From NCBI GenBank assembly GCA_949299565.1, contig OX437086.1:102919-166918 (forward strand): 64,000 nucleotides of DNA, in the 5' to 3' direction. The notes under the pieces were generated by a model. The model searched no databases. It was not told the DNA's origin and saw only the letters and a program-made list of their open reading frames with translations. Of this stretch, positions 27,609 through 37,255 are shown piece by piece (position 1 is the first letter of the stretch; every line of letters begins with the position of its first letter). Both the position numbers and the translations under genes were made by a program. The stretch comes from an uncultured Bacillota bacterium. GTDB lineage: Bacteria > Bacillota_I > Bacilli_A > RFN20 > CAG-826.

Positions 27609-29206
27609 TGAGCAACCTCCTTATTTTTACGATCAAGTTCCTCAATTTCCTTCCGATATTTCTCCATTTCCACGCTATTAGCCAAAACAAAGTGACCAGG
27701 TTTAATCTCTTGTAAAGCCGGTCCTTCATTTTGATAATTGTGGGCAGTTGCAGGATTGTAAATAACTCTCTTCCGATTCTTTTCACTGCGTGGATCGGGC
27801 TTTGGAATAGCTGATAAAAGAGCTTTGGTATACGGATGGAGAGGATGCAAAAAGAGTTCATCGCTGCTAGCTAATTCAACGATGCTTCCATAATACATAA
27901 CCGCGATGCGATCGCAGAAATATTTGACAACCGATAAATCGTGGGCGATGAAAATCATCGTCAAGCCCATTTCATTTTTTACATCATTGAGCAAATTCAA
28001 AATCTGAGCGCGAATTGAAACATCTAAGGCCGAGATTGGCTCATCGCAAATGAGGAGTCGCGGATTCATGATGAGAGCACGAGCAATCCCAATACGCTGT
28101 CTCTGCCCGCCAGAAAACTCATGCGGATAACGGGAAGCATATTCGGGAATTAAACCGACTTTTTCGAGCATTTCTGCGCATTTTTGATGGTTTTTGGCTC
28201 GATTGCGATGATGCTGAATTTTTAAACCTTCTTGAATGATGTCTTCAACCGTCATTCTTGGATCCAAGGAATCGACAGGATCTTGGAAAATCATTTGGAT
28301 TTGCGAAGTTAATTTGGAATCGCGATGACGGTTGTCGTACCTGATTTGCGAAATAATCTTTCGCTGTTCTTTGACGTGCAGTTTGTTTTCTGCCACCAAT
28401 TTATCAATCTTTTCACGATACTTCTTTTTAATTTCTTCTTTTCGCGATTGGAGATCCGAAAGAGCCTTCTCACGATTTTCACGAGCCTCGCGAATTTTAG
28501 GATCATATTCGGAATTAACGTCCGCGACATTACGTTCATGTTTTTCTTCGTCAGGATTGCCTGATTCGGCTAGAGCCGAATTCTTTTCCCGCGTCAAATT
28601 GGTGACCCGCGCATCGAGATTTGGCAAATCGGAATCCAGCACCGCTAATTCTTTACGCATTTCACGGCGGAGAGAGGCAACTTTCTCAGCAGTATGAATT
28701 CTTGACCACTTGATTTCCTTCTCATTCCAACGAGTTCCACCAGAAATCCGGTATCCGTCAAAATAAATTGAACCGGAAGTAATGTTGTAAAGATTCATGA
28801 TGCAGCGGCCGGTTGTCGTTTTACCGCATCCGGACTCACCAACAATTCCAAAACATTCGCCGTTATGAACGTCAAAGGAGATGTCATGAACAGCTTTAGT
28901 TTTATATCCGCTGCCCATATCAAAAAACTGTTTAAGATGACGCACAGAGAGGAGAATGTTTTGTTCTGGTAGTTCCTTTTTATAAGTGACAGAACGGGCA
29001 CCCGGCCAACGCTGTTTTAAAACCAAAAGTTCTCGTTCATAATCTTCCTTCTCGTTGAGGATAGCGTCCTCCTTCAAGGAAGGATTATCATGGTATTCTT
29101 CTTCGATTGCCGCTAAGCGCGCCTTATGTTTGTTCTTCAGAAGAATTTTTTCTTCTTTAAGCTGGGCAATTAAGGCTTTTTCTTGTTCATTATTCATGTT
29201 TTCCAC
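27605..29206 (-). CDS. oppF: Oligopeptide ABC transporter ATP-binding protein OppF-like, carrying an about 200-aa charged insertion
   Basis: Walker A GESGCGKTT, signature LSGGQRQR, Walker B LLICDEP and an OppD/F C-terminal extension. Between Walker A and the signature lies a long K/E/R-rich coiled-coil-like insertion. 533 aa versus about 320 typical. Confidence 0.8.
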   Translation of the reverse strand: MENMNNEQEKALIAQLKEEKILLKNKHKARLAAIEEEYHDNPSLKEDAILNEKEDYERELLVLKQRWPGARSVTYKKELPEQNILLSVRHLKQFFDMGSGYKTKAVHDISFDVHNGECFGIVGESGCGKTTTGRCIMNLYNITSGSIYFDGYRISGGTRWNEKEIKWSRIHTAEKVASLRREMRKELAVLDSDLPNLDARVTNLTREKNSALAESGNPDEEKHERNVADVNSEYDPKIREARENREKALSDLQSRKEEIKKKYREKIDKLVAENKLHVKEQRKIISQIRYDNRHRDSKLTSQIQMIFQDPVDSLDPRMTVEDIIQEGLKIQHHRNRAKNHQKCAEMLEKVGLIPEYASRYPHEFSGGQRQRIGIARALIMNPRLLICDEPISALDVSIRAQILNLLNDVKNEMGLTMIFIAHDLSVVKYFCDRIAVMYYGSIVELASSDELFLHPLHPYTKALLSAIPKPDPRSEKNRKRVIYNPATAHNYQNEGPALQEIKPGHFVLANSVEMEKYRKEIEELDRKNKEVAQ

Positions 29207-30677
29207 CAGCCTTTCTCAGCGAATTTTTAATACGTGTTGAAACAATCTTTGGCATTTCCGCTAAAGGAGCACGCTCATCTAAAAGCCAGGTCGCGGCATA
29301 ATGGCTGTCGCTGATTTCGAACATCGGCGGTTCCTTTTTAAAATCAATGCCAAGCGCATATTTAGAACGTAGAGCAAAAGCATCGCCCTTTGGCGGAAAC
29401 AGCATGTTCGGAGGCGTGCCGGGAATTGCGTCGAGGCGCTCCTTTGAATCGATATCAGGAATTGAAGAAAGCAAAGCCCAAGTGTATGGATGAGCCGGAT
29501 GATAGAAAACATCCTCTGCCGTTCCATATTCAACAATCTTACCGGCATACATGACGGCTACTCGATCAGCCATATTTGCCACAACACCTAAGTCGTGTGT
29601 GATAAAAATAACTGACATATGTCGTGAAGCTTTCAATTTATTAATCAATTCTAGGATTTGTGCCTGAATGGTGACGTCTAAGGCTGTGGTCGGCTCATCA
29701 CAAATAAGAACTTCAGGATCAGCAGTCAATGCAATAGCGATGACAATTCTTTGACGCATACCACCAGAAAATTCGAAAGGATATTGTTTAAACCGCCGTT
29801 CAGGATCGGAAATGCCGACTTCAGTCATGACTTTTAAAGCCCGTCTTTTCGCTTCTTTGTGAGTGACGCGGAGATCGGAAGTATAACGTCTTTTTTCAGC
29901 GATGAAATCGCCATAAACATCACTCCAAGATTTCTTAGAATGATTGGCTAGGATTTCTTTTTCTTTCTCTCGATGGATGGAAAGAACTTTCTTTTTAAAC
30001 TCGCGCACTTTTTTGTTCGCTTCTTTTTTCTTCTTGCGTAAAACTACGCGATCCTCCTTGATAATTGGAAGTAAGCGTTCCTTTTCTTTTTTAGCGTTTT
30101 CTTTAGCTGAGGCAATTACTTCTTTGTCTTTGCTTTTCTTTGCATAACGCAGCTCTTCTTTTGAAATTTGCAACAACCGCTGGTCATTTTTAAGTTTAAT
30201 CAAAGCGTCGTTGATAATCTCGTTGCGAAGTTTTTTTACCTTGTTGCCATTGATAATCATGACCTCGGTAATTTGTTTGCCGATTCGCATGATCGGATTT
30301 AAAGACGAAAGAGGATCTTGGAAGATCATTCCAATCTTTGTTCCGCGGATTCGATGGAATTCATCTTCAGCTATTTTTGTAAGGTCTTCGCCTTCATAGG
30401 TAATCGAGCCCGAATCAATATGAGCGCTGGCGCCAAGGATTCCCATAATCGTTTTGGAAGTTACAGACTTTCCAGAACCGGATTCACCGACAATGCAAAG
30501 CGTCTCACCTTTATATAAGTCAAAAGAGACTCCTCTAACAGCGTGAACGCGTCCTTCGTCCGTATGGAAGGAAACAGCAAGATTTCGCACCGACAAAACA
30601 ACTTCTTGGTTTTTGGGATTTTCGCCAACCGTTGAAGGATAATCGATGGTTTTCAAGGCTTTAATATTCTTTTCCAT
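29190..30677 (-). CDS. oppD: Oligopeptide ABC transporter ATP-binding protein OppD-like, with an about 130-aa insertion
   Basis: Walker A GESGSGKS, signature FSGGMRQR, Walker B LICDEPTTALD. K/E-rich insertion. 495 aa. Confidence 0.8.
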   Translation of the reverse strand: MEKNIKALKTIDYPSTVGENPKNQEVVLSVRNLAVSFHTDEGRVHAVRGVSFDLYKGETLCIVGESGSGKSVTSKTIMGILGASAHIDSGSITYEGEDLTKIAEDEFHRIRGTKIGMIFQDPLSSLNPIMRIGKQITEVMIINGNKVKKLRNEIINDALIKLKNDQRLLQISKEELRYAKKSKDKEVIASAKENAKKEKERLLPIIKEDRVVLRKKKKEANKKVREFKKKVLSIHREKEKEILANHSKKSWSDVYGDFIAEKRRYTSDLRVTHKEAKRRALKVMTEVGISDPERRFKQYPFEFSGGMRQRIVIAIALTADPEVLICDEPTTALDVTIQAQILELINKLKASRHMSVIFITHDLGVVANMADRVAVMYAGKIVEYGTAEDVFYHPAHPYTWALLSSIPDIDSKERLDAIPGTPPNMLFPPKGDAFALRSKYALGIDFKKEPPMFEISDSHYAATWLLDERAPLAEMPKIVSTRIKNSLRKAGGKHE

Positions 30678-30678
30678 C

Positions 30679-32688
30679 TTAGTCTTGCGCTCCTTTCATC
30701 GAAGGATTCAAAGCATCACGGAGACCGTTGCCAAATAGATTAAAACAAATCATGATGATGATCATGACAATGGATGCTGCGACGATCATGTATGGATAAT
30801 TTTGAATGTAATCTTGCGCTGTTGAAAGCGTGACGCCAAATGACTGCCCTCCTTGGAAAGCAAGGGCGCCAGGCAAAATGTACGAAATCGTTGCTTCTGA
30901 GAAGATGACGGACGGAATCATCAAGACAGCGCTTGTAACAATTGTCCCAACGCCATTTGGCAAAATATGACGGAAGATCAATCGACCATCAGAAGCGCCT
31001 AGAGTTCTTGAAGCTAAAACGTATTCACGCCTCTTAAAACGATAGAACTGACTTCGCGTAGTCGATGAGACACCAATCCAGCCCGTTAAACAAAGGGCCA
31101 ATAGGAAGGTCCAGAAATTAGAACCTAGCAATAAAACAATAAGCGTCATGAGAACGACAAACGGCATGCCACCGAGAATCTCCGTAATTCGTTCCATGAA
31201 TAGGTCAATCCAGCCGCCAAAATATCCAGAAATTGAACCCCAAATAAGACCGATTGTTACGTTAATAATGGTCGCTAATAGGCCAAGTTCAAGAGACGTT
31301 AATAAACCAGAGAAAACAATCTTAAAGAAGTCTTGTCCTTGGTTATTTGTGCCAAAGAAATATTTAACAGGGGTACATTCGGCTGTGTAACCCATGTAGT
31401 AATAATAGCGATAACGAGAGCGGACAACCGTCAAAGACTGAGAAGTGGCGCCGTTCCAACTGCTATAGTTTTCGGAGATGACGCTGCGAATCGGACTATA
31501 TGTTTCACCGAGTTCTGTAAGATGGAATTCACCCGGTGCACCAGTGCTATTTTGCCATTCATAGGTAATCCAACCGCGATTTACCATATCCTGAACTTGT
31601 GAATAAGTGACGCCTTCCCAAACATCATCAGAATTGGCGGCAGCGTAATAATCGTAAACAAAATCACCCACAGTCACGATTGAACCATGAATATTGGCTT
31701 GTCCGTTTCCTTGAACCCGCCAATTGTTGGTTGTGCTGCCAAGCATTTGAGTCGCGTCATCAAAAGAAATCGTTTCATTTAGAACGCCGTTTTGCGTTAG
31801 AGAAGCTTTTGTAACAAAAATAGTCTGCCGTGTTTCAACTTCGCCTAGCGTGCGGAATCCCACTGCTCCCCGAATTGAAGTTTCACTACGTCCGCTTTCT
31901 TCTAGAACCTCGCGCACAAGAGGAGAAATATCAAATGTTTTGGCAGAATAATCTTGTGAAAAATCAGTCAAGGCCACAAGAGGCGTCACTGTCGTTCCGT
32001 CAACTTCAAAGAAATATGGAGCGAAAATAACATCTCCCGAAAGAGAATCATCCAAGCATTTTTCAACATCTAATTCATATGAGAATTCGTTGCTCACGCT
32101 CAAATCAAAAAGCGCAGTTGGAGAATAAAAGCCGAGATCAGTGTTATAAGAATTGGGGTAGAAAGTTGCATCGCCGCCATGGCCATAAGCAGTAACAGTC
32201 GATGACAGGTTGTTGTAAGTTTCTTCACGATATGTGATGCCCTCTACGCCATTCATGATGCCGGCCTCGATGTATTCAAGATTCCCCGTCCCTGGCTCCG
32301 CAGCCGGAAGCATCGTTTCGGGATCGATTGTCGCTCCTTCAATGTAAGAAGTGCCATCCATGAAACCGCCATTGTAGGAATCGAACCATTTCGGCGGCAA
32401 AAAACGCGTTAAAGTATTGTTTTGCGTTATTGAGTTGCCATCGGCGTAAGGCACAATCGCGGCCATAATAATCAAAACGCCTAAAATAACAGCAGCTGTA
32501 ACTGAAGATTTAGATTTGCAGAAACGTTTGAAAGCATCCTTAAAATAAGTTGTGGGTTTCGTTTCAAATTTCGTATCGTGAATGGATTTATCGAGTTGAA
32601 CAAAAGAGAAGTCTTTGGCTTCATCCACTGTAATTTGCGTTTCGGCACGTGTGTTCTCTTTCTTTTTTCTAAAACTTGGAAATTTCAT
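30679..32688 (-). CDS. oppC: Oligopeptide ABC transporter permease OppC-like, with an about 380-aa extracytoplasmic insertion
   Basis: N-terminal TM, large soluble domain, then C-terminal BPD_transp_1 permease core (...LSTAQDYIQNYPYMIVAASIV...). 669 aa. Confidence 0.75.
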   Translation of the reverse strand: MKFPSFRKKKENTRAETQITVDEAKDFSFVQLDKSIHDTKFETKPTTYFKDAFKRFCKSKSSVTAAVILGVLIIMAAIVPYADGNSITQNNTLTRFLPPKWFDSYNGGFMDGTSYIEGATIDPETMLPAAEPGTGNLEYIEAGIMNGVEGITYREETYNNLSSTVTAYGHGGDATFYPNSYNTDLGFYSPTALFDLSVSNEFSYELDVEKCLDDSLSGDVIFAPYFFEVDGTTVTPLVALTDFSQDYSAKTFDISPLVREVLEESGRSETSIRGAVGFRTLGEVETRQTIFVTKASLTQNGVLNETISFDDATQMLGSTTNNWRVQGNGQANIHGSIVTVGDFVYDYYAAANSDDVWEGVTYSQVQDMVNRGWITYEWQNSTGAPGEFHLTELGETYSPIRSVISENYSSWNGATSQSLTVVRSRYRYYYYMGYTAECTPVKYFFGTNNQGQDFFKIVFSGLLTSLELGLLATIINVTIGLIWGSISGYFGGWIDLFMERITEILGGMPFVVLMTLIVLLLGSNFWTFLLALCLTGWIGVSSTTRSQFYRFKRREYVLASRTLGASDGRLIFRHILPNGVGTIVTSAVLMIPSVIFSEATISYILPGALAFQGGQSFGVTLSTAQDYIQNYPYMIVAASIVMIIIMICFNLFGNGLRDALNPSMKGAQD

Positions 32689-32689
32689 C

Positions 32690-33739
32690 TTACTTCACTG
32701 CCCCCATCTTGATACGTGGATCAACGATGCCGTAAGAGAGATCCACGATTAAAGTTGCGGCTAAACCAATAAGTGTGTAAATAGCCATATCGACCATGAC
32801 AACCGAATAATCAGAGCCCGTCAAAGCATTGACGAAAAGCGAACCGATACCTGGAATGCCGTATAAACGTTCAAGAATCATCGAACCAGAAAGAATTCCG
32901 ATGAATTGCGAAATAATCATTGGAACAATCGGCACCATCGAGTTACGGAGAGCGTGCCGTGTGACAGCTTGACGCTTCGTTAAGCCCTTCGTTCTCGCTA
33001 AAAGCAGGAATTCAGAAGACATAACCTCGCAAAGTTCGGCCCGTGTATAACGCGCAAAACCAGCGATTGAACCAAAAGACAAAGCCATAACCGGGATGAT
33101 GTAGCCTGTGAAACCGAGAATCGGGTTCGCGGCAACATCTTCGACCGATGGCCACTGCGACGGCAACCAACCTGTCGAATAACTGAGCCAAATAAGTAAG
33201 AAAGAAATCAAGACGAAAGACGGAACAGAAATGAAAACCATTACGGCGGTTGAAATAACATTGTCAACCCACGTGTTTTTCTTTAAAGCAGCTACAACGC
33301 CTAGAAGGATACCAAGCGGCACCGCAACAACAATCGAAATGATGTTGAGACGCATTGAAGCTGGCAAACGAATCATAATGATTTCGATAGCGGAACGACC
33401 GACAGAAATCGAGGTGGAAGTGCCCCAGTCCCAACGGGTAAAAATGTTTCTGAGCCACGCAAAATAACGAGTCATAATCGGTAAAGCCCGATAATAATAA
33501 TCGTTAGATCCATCGAAAATATGAACGTCATAAGAACCAGGATGCGTAAAGGCATAAGCCGGGTCTACTACTTCATAATACCCAAGATCTACTTGCTGAT
33601 TCCAAAATGAGATACGCGCCGTTACTGAACCACGCGGTTCATTAAGTGGCAAACATTGTATCAAAATATAAGTAATGGAAAGAATGATGAAAGCCGTTAA
33701 CAGGATTAGCAAGATTCTTTTAATGACATATTTACCCAT
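32690..33739 (-). CDS. oppB: Oligopeptide ABC transporter permease OppB-like
   Basis: BPD_transp_1 permease with the EAA-like loop (TRHALRNSMVPIV). 349 aa. Confidence 0.8.
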   Translation of the reverse strand: MGKYVIKRILLILLTAFIILSITYILIQCLPLNEPRGSVTARISFWNQQVDLGYYEVVDPAYAFTHPGSYDVHIFDGSNDYYYRALPIMTRYFAWLRNIFTRWDWGTSTSISVGRSAIEIIMIRLPASMRLNIISIVVAVPLGILLGVVAALKKNTWVDNVISTAVMVFISVPSFVLISFLLIWLSYSTGWLPSQWPSVEDVAANPILGFTGYIIPVMALSFGSIAGFARYTRAELCEVMSSEFLLLARTKGLTKRQAVTRHALRNSMVPIVPMIISQFIGILSGSMILERLYGIPGIGSLFVNALTGSDYSVVMVDMAIYTLIGLAATLIVDLSYGIVDPRIKMGAVK

Positions 33740-33832
33740 ATTTATTGTCCTTATCGATTATCCGCTTGCGCTTTGTATTTTGGCACAAAGAAAGATAGAA
33801 GTCTTCTTGAATTTAAGGTTTATAACCCGAAA

Positions 33833-33852
33833 GGCGGGGACCAAGCCCCGCC
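33833..33852 (-). other. GC-rich intercistronic hairpin between oppA and oppB
   Basis: GGCGGGG-ACCAAG-CCCCGCC perfect 7-bp stem in the 143-nt oppA-oppB spacer. The downstream U-tract is weak (UUUCGGGUU). It could act as a partial terminator or processing/stability element giving differential oppA expression. Confidence 0.4.
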
Positions 33853-33882
33853 TTCCTGAATTAAAGTTGAGGAAGAAAGGAA

Positions 33883-36570
33883 TTAAGCAGCGAAACCGAA
33901 TAGTGTTCCGACGCTACCATAATTCACACTCGGAAGAGCAATAGAAGCTACTTCACCAGTTGCTGATAAACCGCAATCAGTGTAAGAGACTGTCATGCTG
34001 CACATTGAGCTCCGTACGACCCCGGCATATTCTGCTTCATAACCTAGGGTCAAGATGACGGAATCAAATGTTATATCAGGCGTATTGCTCGCCAAACTCG
34101 TGACGTAGCTAGAAAGCGTGGCAGTATCAATGCTGAACTCCCAGCCAAGGTCCCACATATAAACATCATCGATCATCTCAAGGAAACTCGGATAGTAGTA
34201 GTCAGACGGCGAACCGTTGTGTCCCAACTGCATCCATAAGAAGCTCGCATTGTAATTGATTAACAGGTTGCCTTCATCGTCAGTCATGCCTGGCAAATCG
34301 AAGACAAATGTCGTAGTGCCATTTTCTGCAAAGGAACTAGTGCCGGCTGTTACCGGATCAATAATCAAACCTTCACGAACAATCGCGGCACCATTAGCGG
34401 CAACATAGAAAGCATCATAGGACCACCGCATATCATCATAGACAAGCGGATCATCTTCATTGACGATATCTGTTCTATCGCCCCAGTTGACAGTGAAGCC
34501 TTGCGAACGTTCATTGGTGCAAACTACGGACATAAACTCAATTGGATTGAGAACGTTACCCGTGATCGCGCCTTCAGCAAAATCGTATTCGCCTTGGTCC
34601 ATTTTCGTGTAGCAATCAGCGTAACTCGGACCAGCAACTTCGTTATAAACATCGAGTTCGATACCATATTCGGAAGCCGCTCTATTGAAAGGTTCTTCAA
34701 TATTTTGAGCTAAAACTTCACCGATTTCATCGATTGTTCTTTGATAACGCCACTTAAAGTAGATAGTGACATAATCGCCTCTTTCCATCGTACCTTTGGC
34801 AAGTTCTTCTTCGATAGCGATGCGGAAAAGCTGTTCAGCTAAGGAAGGATCATAACCATTGGCGTTGACATCCGTATAACGGCTGAGAACTCTTTGTCCA
34901 GCCGGGGTGCCGCGATAAGAAAGATCAGTTTCAGCATCCAACATATAAGCGTCGGATAAATAACCTAAAGCGACGTTATGACCGGTCATTTGCGCTAACG
35001 TTTGACGATCGATCGAGAAGAAAACACCATCCAAGAAATTATCGTTGCTCATAATCGGCTTAACGTCCCAGTAGTTAGACGGCTGATGGACATAAGCTGT
35101 ACCAGCAACACCGAAGTAATATTCCCACTGTTCAGGTGTACAGGAGTTGACATTAATCTTAAGGGTTGTTTGTCCTAAAGTCCTATGAGCCAAAGGATCG
35201 CTTGTGTGTTGAGAAATGTATTGAGAAGGAACGGTGATGTCATCGAGACGTCCGTTGATGAAGTCGTTATAGGCTCCTTCTTCATTCTGCGGGTAAACAC
35301 GTTCGGTGTATCCCGCGAAGCTTGTCGCTTCAGCCCGGAAGAACAATTCGTTGCGAGAATAGACAGTGAGAACTTCTTGTTCCCAAGAATCGACGATATA
35401 TTGTCCACAGGAAAGCAAGTTATCGACGTTGTTTAAAGGATTGGATGAAGAACCGATGACACCATAGCGTGTCGGCCCGCCGATTTGATCAAGATAAGCT
35501 TGCGGAATCGGTGAGAAAAGACTCGACGAGAGGTTATACATCGCATAGAACTGAGTTTTTGGAGTAATGAACTCAAAATCGATGCAGCCGAGTTCTTCAT
35601 TGATTTGAATGCCGACATTGGCCCAATCACGCGTATTGGCGTCGCCATAGAGGTAGTCATAAGCCCCTGCAAAACCAGAGGAATCGGTGATCAAGGTAGA
35701 AGCCCGAATAAAGCCATTATCAAGCATCACCTTGAAAGGAACTAAATAATCCTCTAATTCAATGCCAACATTGTTCCATGTGTCATAGAGGGAGGAGTTG
35801 CGGGAAATGGCATAACGGAAATTTCGTCCAGTTTCTTCCTCATCCGCAACGGTATAAGGATAAATACGCCAGAAACGCGAAGTCGCGCCATCGGTGTATT
35901 CTTGCTCGTTGCCGTTTTCATCGAGCATAATCGGACGTTCAGTCTTCGAAAGATCGTTACGCCAGACATAGCCGTTACGTGTTTCGTTCATCGTGACGCT
36001 GAAGAAAGAAGCAGTAATCATTGCATTCTTTCCAGAGACATCCTCTCCATTGGAATTCCAATAGTTGAAGGTGCCTGAATCTTCGGTCGCATAAGAATTG
36101 TAATAATTCGGATATGTGAGACCGTTCGCAGTTGCCGTTTGGCCATTATACATATTGCCGCTCGGGTTGAGAGTTGAATCCGAGATACCAAATCCGTAGT
36201 TAGGAATGAAGGTATTGCTGGCTAAAGTGATACGTGGTGAAAAAAGTTGATAACCAGCATCATCATAAAGGGGAATACCCGCTAAATGATGATCCATGGC
36301 ATACTCTTCCATCGTAGCCAAAATTTCGGCTTTTTCTTCAGTGCTAGCACCTTGATAGTCAAGAACACCGTTAGCTAATGGCTCATCGTGAGTGATAGAA
36401 CTGCTTCCGCCACCACTAGAACTGCTTCCGCCGCCACTAGAACTGCTTCCGCCACCGGCAGAACCGCCACTTGAGGAGTTACCGCTTGATGTTGCAGGAT
36501 CGCCGCCGCATGACGCTAACGTAAGAATCGCCAAGACAGATGCCAGCAAGAGATTTTTGCCTTTCATCAT
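33883..36570 (-). CDS. oppA: Oligopeptide-binding surface lipoprotein OppA-like (family 5 SBP), about 896 aa
   Basis: Lipobox LASC, (SSSGGG)n linker, very large SBP_bac_5-like body. Start refined to ATG 36570 (AAGGAG 7 nt upstream). Heads the oppABCDF operon. Confidence 0.7.
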   Translation of the reverse strand: MMKGKNLLLASVLAILTLASCGGDPATSSGNSSSGGSAGGGSSSSGGGSSSSGGGSSSITHDEPLANGVLDYQGASTEEKAEILATMEEYAMDHHLAGIPLYDDAGYQLFSPRITLASNTFIPNYGFGISDSTLNPSGNMYNGQTATANGLTYPNYYNSYATEDSGTFNYWNSNGEDVSGKNAMITASFFSVTMNETRNGYVWRNDLSKTERPIMLDENGNEQEYTDGATSRFWRIYPYTVADEEETGRNFRYAISRNSSLYDTWNNVGIELEDYLVPFKVMLDNGFIRASTLITDSSGFAGAYDYLYGDANTRDWANVGIQINEELGCIDFEFITPKTQFYAMYNLSSSLFSPIPQAYLDQIGGPTRYGVIGSSSNPLNNVDNLLSCGQYIVDSWEQEVLTVYSRNELFFRAEATSFAGYTERVYPQNEEGAYNDFINGRLDDITVPSQYISQHTSDPLAHRTLGQTTLKINVNSCTPEQWEYYFGVAGTAYVHQPSNYWDVKPIMSNDNFLDGVFFSIDRQTLAQMTGHNVALGYLSDAYMLDAETDLSYRGTPAGQRVLSRYTDVNANGYDPSLAEQLFRIAIEEELAKGTMERGDYVTIYFKWRYQRTIDEIGEVLAQNIEEPFNRAASEYGIELDVYNEVAGPSYADCYTKMDQGEYDFAEGAITGNVLNPIEFMSVVCTNERSQGFTVNWGDRTDIVNEDDPLVYDDMRWSYDAFYVAANGAAIVREGLIIDPVTAGTSSFAENGTTTFVFDLPGMTDDEGNLLINYNASFLWMQLGHNGSPSDYYYPSFLEMIDDVYMWDLGWEFSIDTATLSSYVTSLASNTPDITFDSVILTLGYEAEYAGVVRSSMCSMTVSYTDCGLSATGEVASIALPSVNYGSVGTLFGFAA
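36395..36457 (-). repeat. 3 tandem copies of a 21-nt repeat encoding the (S4G3) linker of OppA
   Basis: actagaactgcttccgcc[a/g]cc repeated 3 times (plus strand). The antisense ORF 36392..36574 (LLPPPLELLPPP...) is an artefact of this repeat. Confidence 0.7.
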
Positions 36571-36679
36571 ATAATTCTCCTTTCCAAACAGGGTAAATCC
36601 GCTGTTTTCGCATTGTCTAATATCCAACAACTCGATTTTATGTCAATGATTATTTTCGAATAAAGGCGAGAAAGGGCTC

Positions 36680-37165
36680 TCAAACATAAGGGAAAACGAT
36701 AGCTAAGATTCCCCCAATTAGAAGACTCAAAGCCCCAACTGCAAAATAAGGCCAAAGGATCAACTTGTTGCGAGAACGTTCTTCTTGTTTCCTTAATTTA
36801 TAATCATATGCGCTATCATCGCGCTTGACTTTGTCTCTTCTCCAACTTTCCACAAAGCGATAACAACCATAAAAAAGGACGTCAAAGACGCCAGTTCTTC
36901 CAATCATCATCAAAAGCGGAAAGAAAATCAAACAAGCACCGTCAACAAAAAAAGCATTCGAGTAGATAACGATATCTCTAAAGAACGAACTATAGTCGCA
37001 GAGATTGCCGTTCTCACATCTATTACGAACAGATGGCAACCCTAACGCTAAAAAGACTACCCAAAAAATAATAAAAAAGAGGACCAGCGCCGCAATGCAA
37101 TTTTTGAGAATTCGTTTTTCGTGTTCAGTCATCGCTAGGAAGTTTAAGCAAGAAAATTGCGACAT
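36680..37165 (-). CDS. Hypothetical small membrane protein
   Basis: 161 aa, 3-4 TM helices, no recognisable motifs. The start codon is ambiguous (ATG 37132 is also possible). Confidence 0.4.
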   Translation of the reverse strand: MSQFSCLNFLAMTEHEKRILKNCIAALVLFFIIFWVVFLALGLPSVRNRCENGNLCDYSSFFRDIVIYSNAFFVDGACLIFFPLLMMIGRTGVFDVLFYGCYRFVESWRRDKVKRDDSAYDYKLRKQEERSRNKLILWPYFAVGALSLLIGGILAIVFPYV

Positions 37166-37255
37166 TCAACCGCTTATAAGGAGAAAATAATCATTGAAGA
37201 AAATGGGAAAGTAGGTATTTTTAGATACGCACATAGAAGAAAGGAGATGTGGCTT

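Noticed and set aside
36392-36574. + strand ORF MIELLPPPLELLPPP...
   Set aside because: Antisense reading of the OppA (SSSGGG)n linker repeat, not a proline-rich protein.
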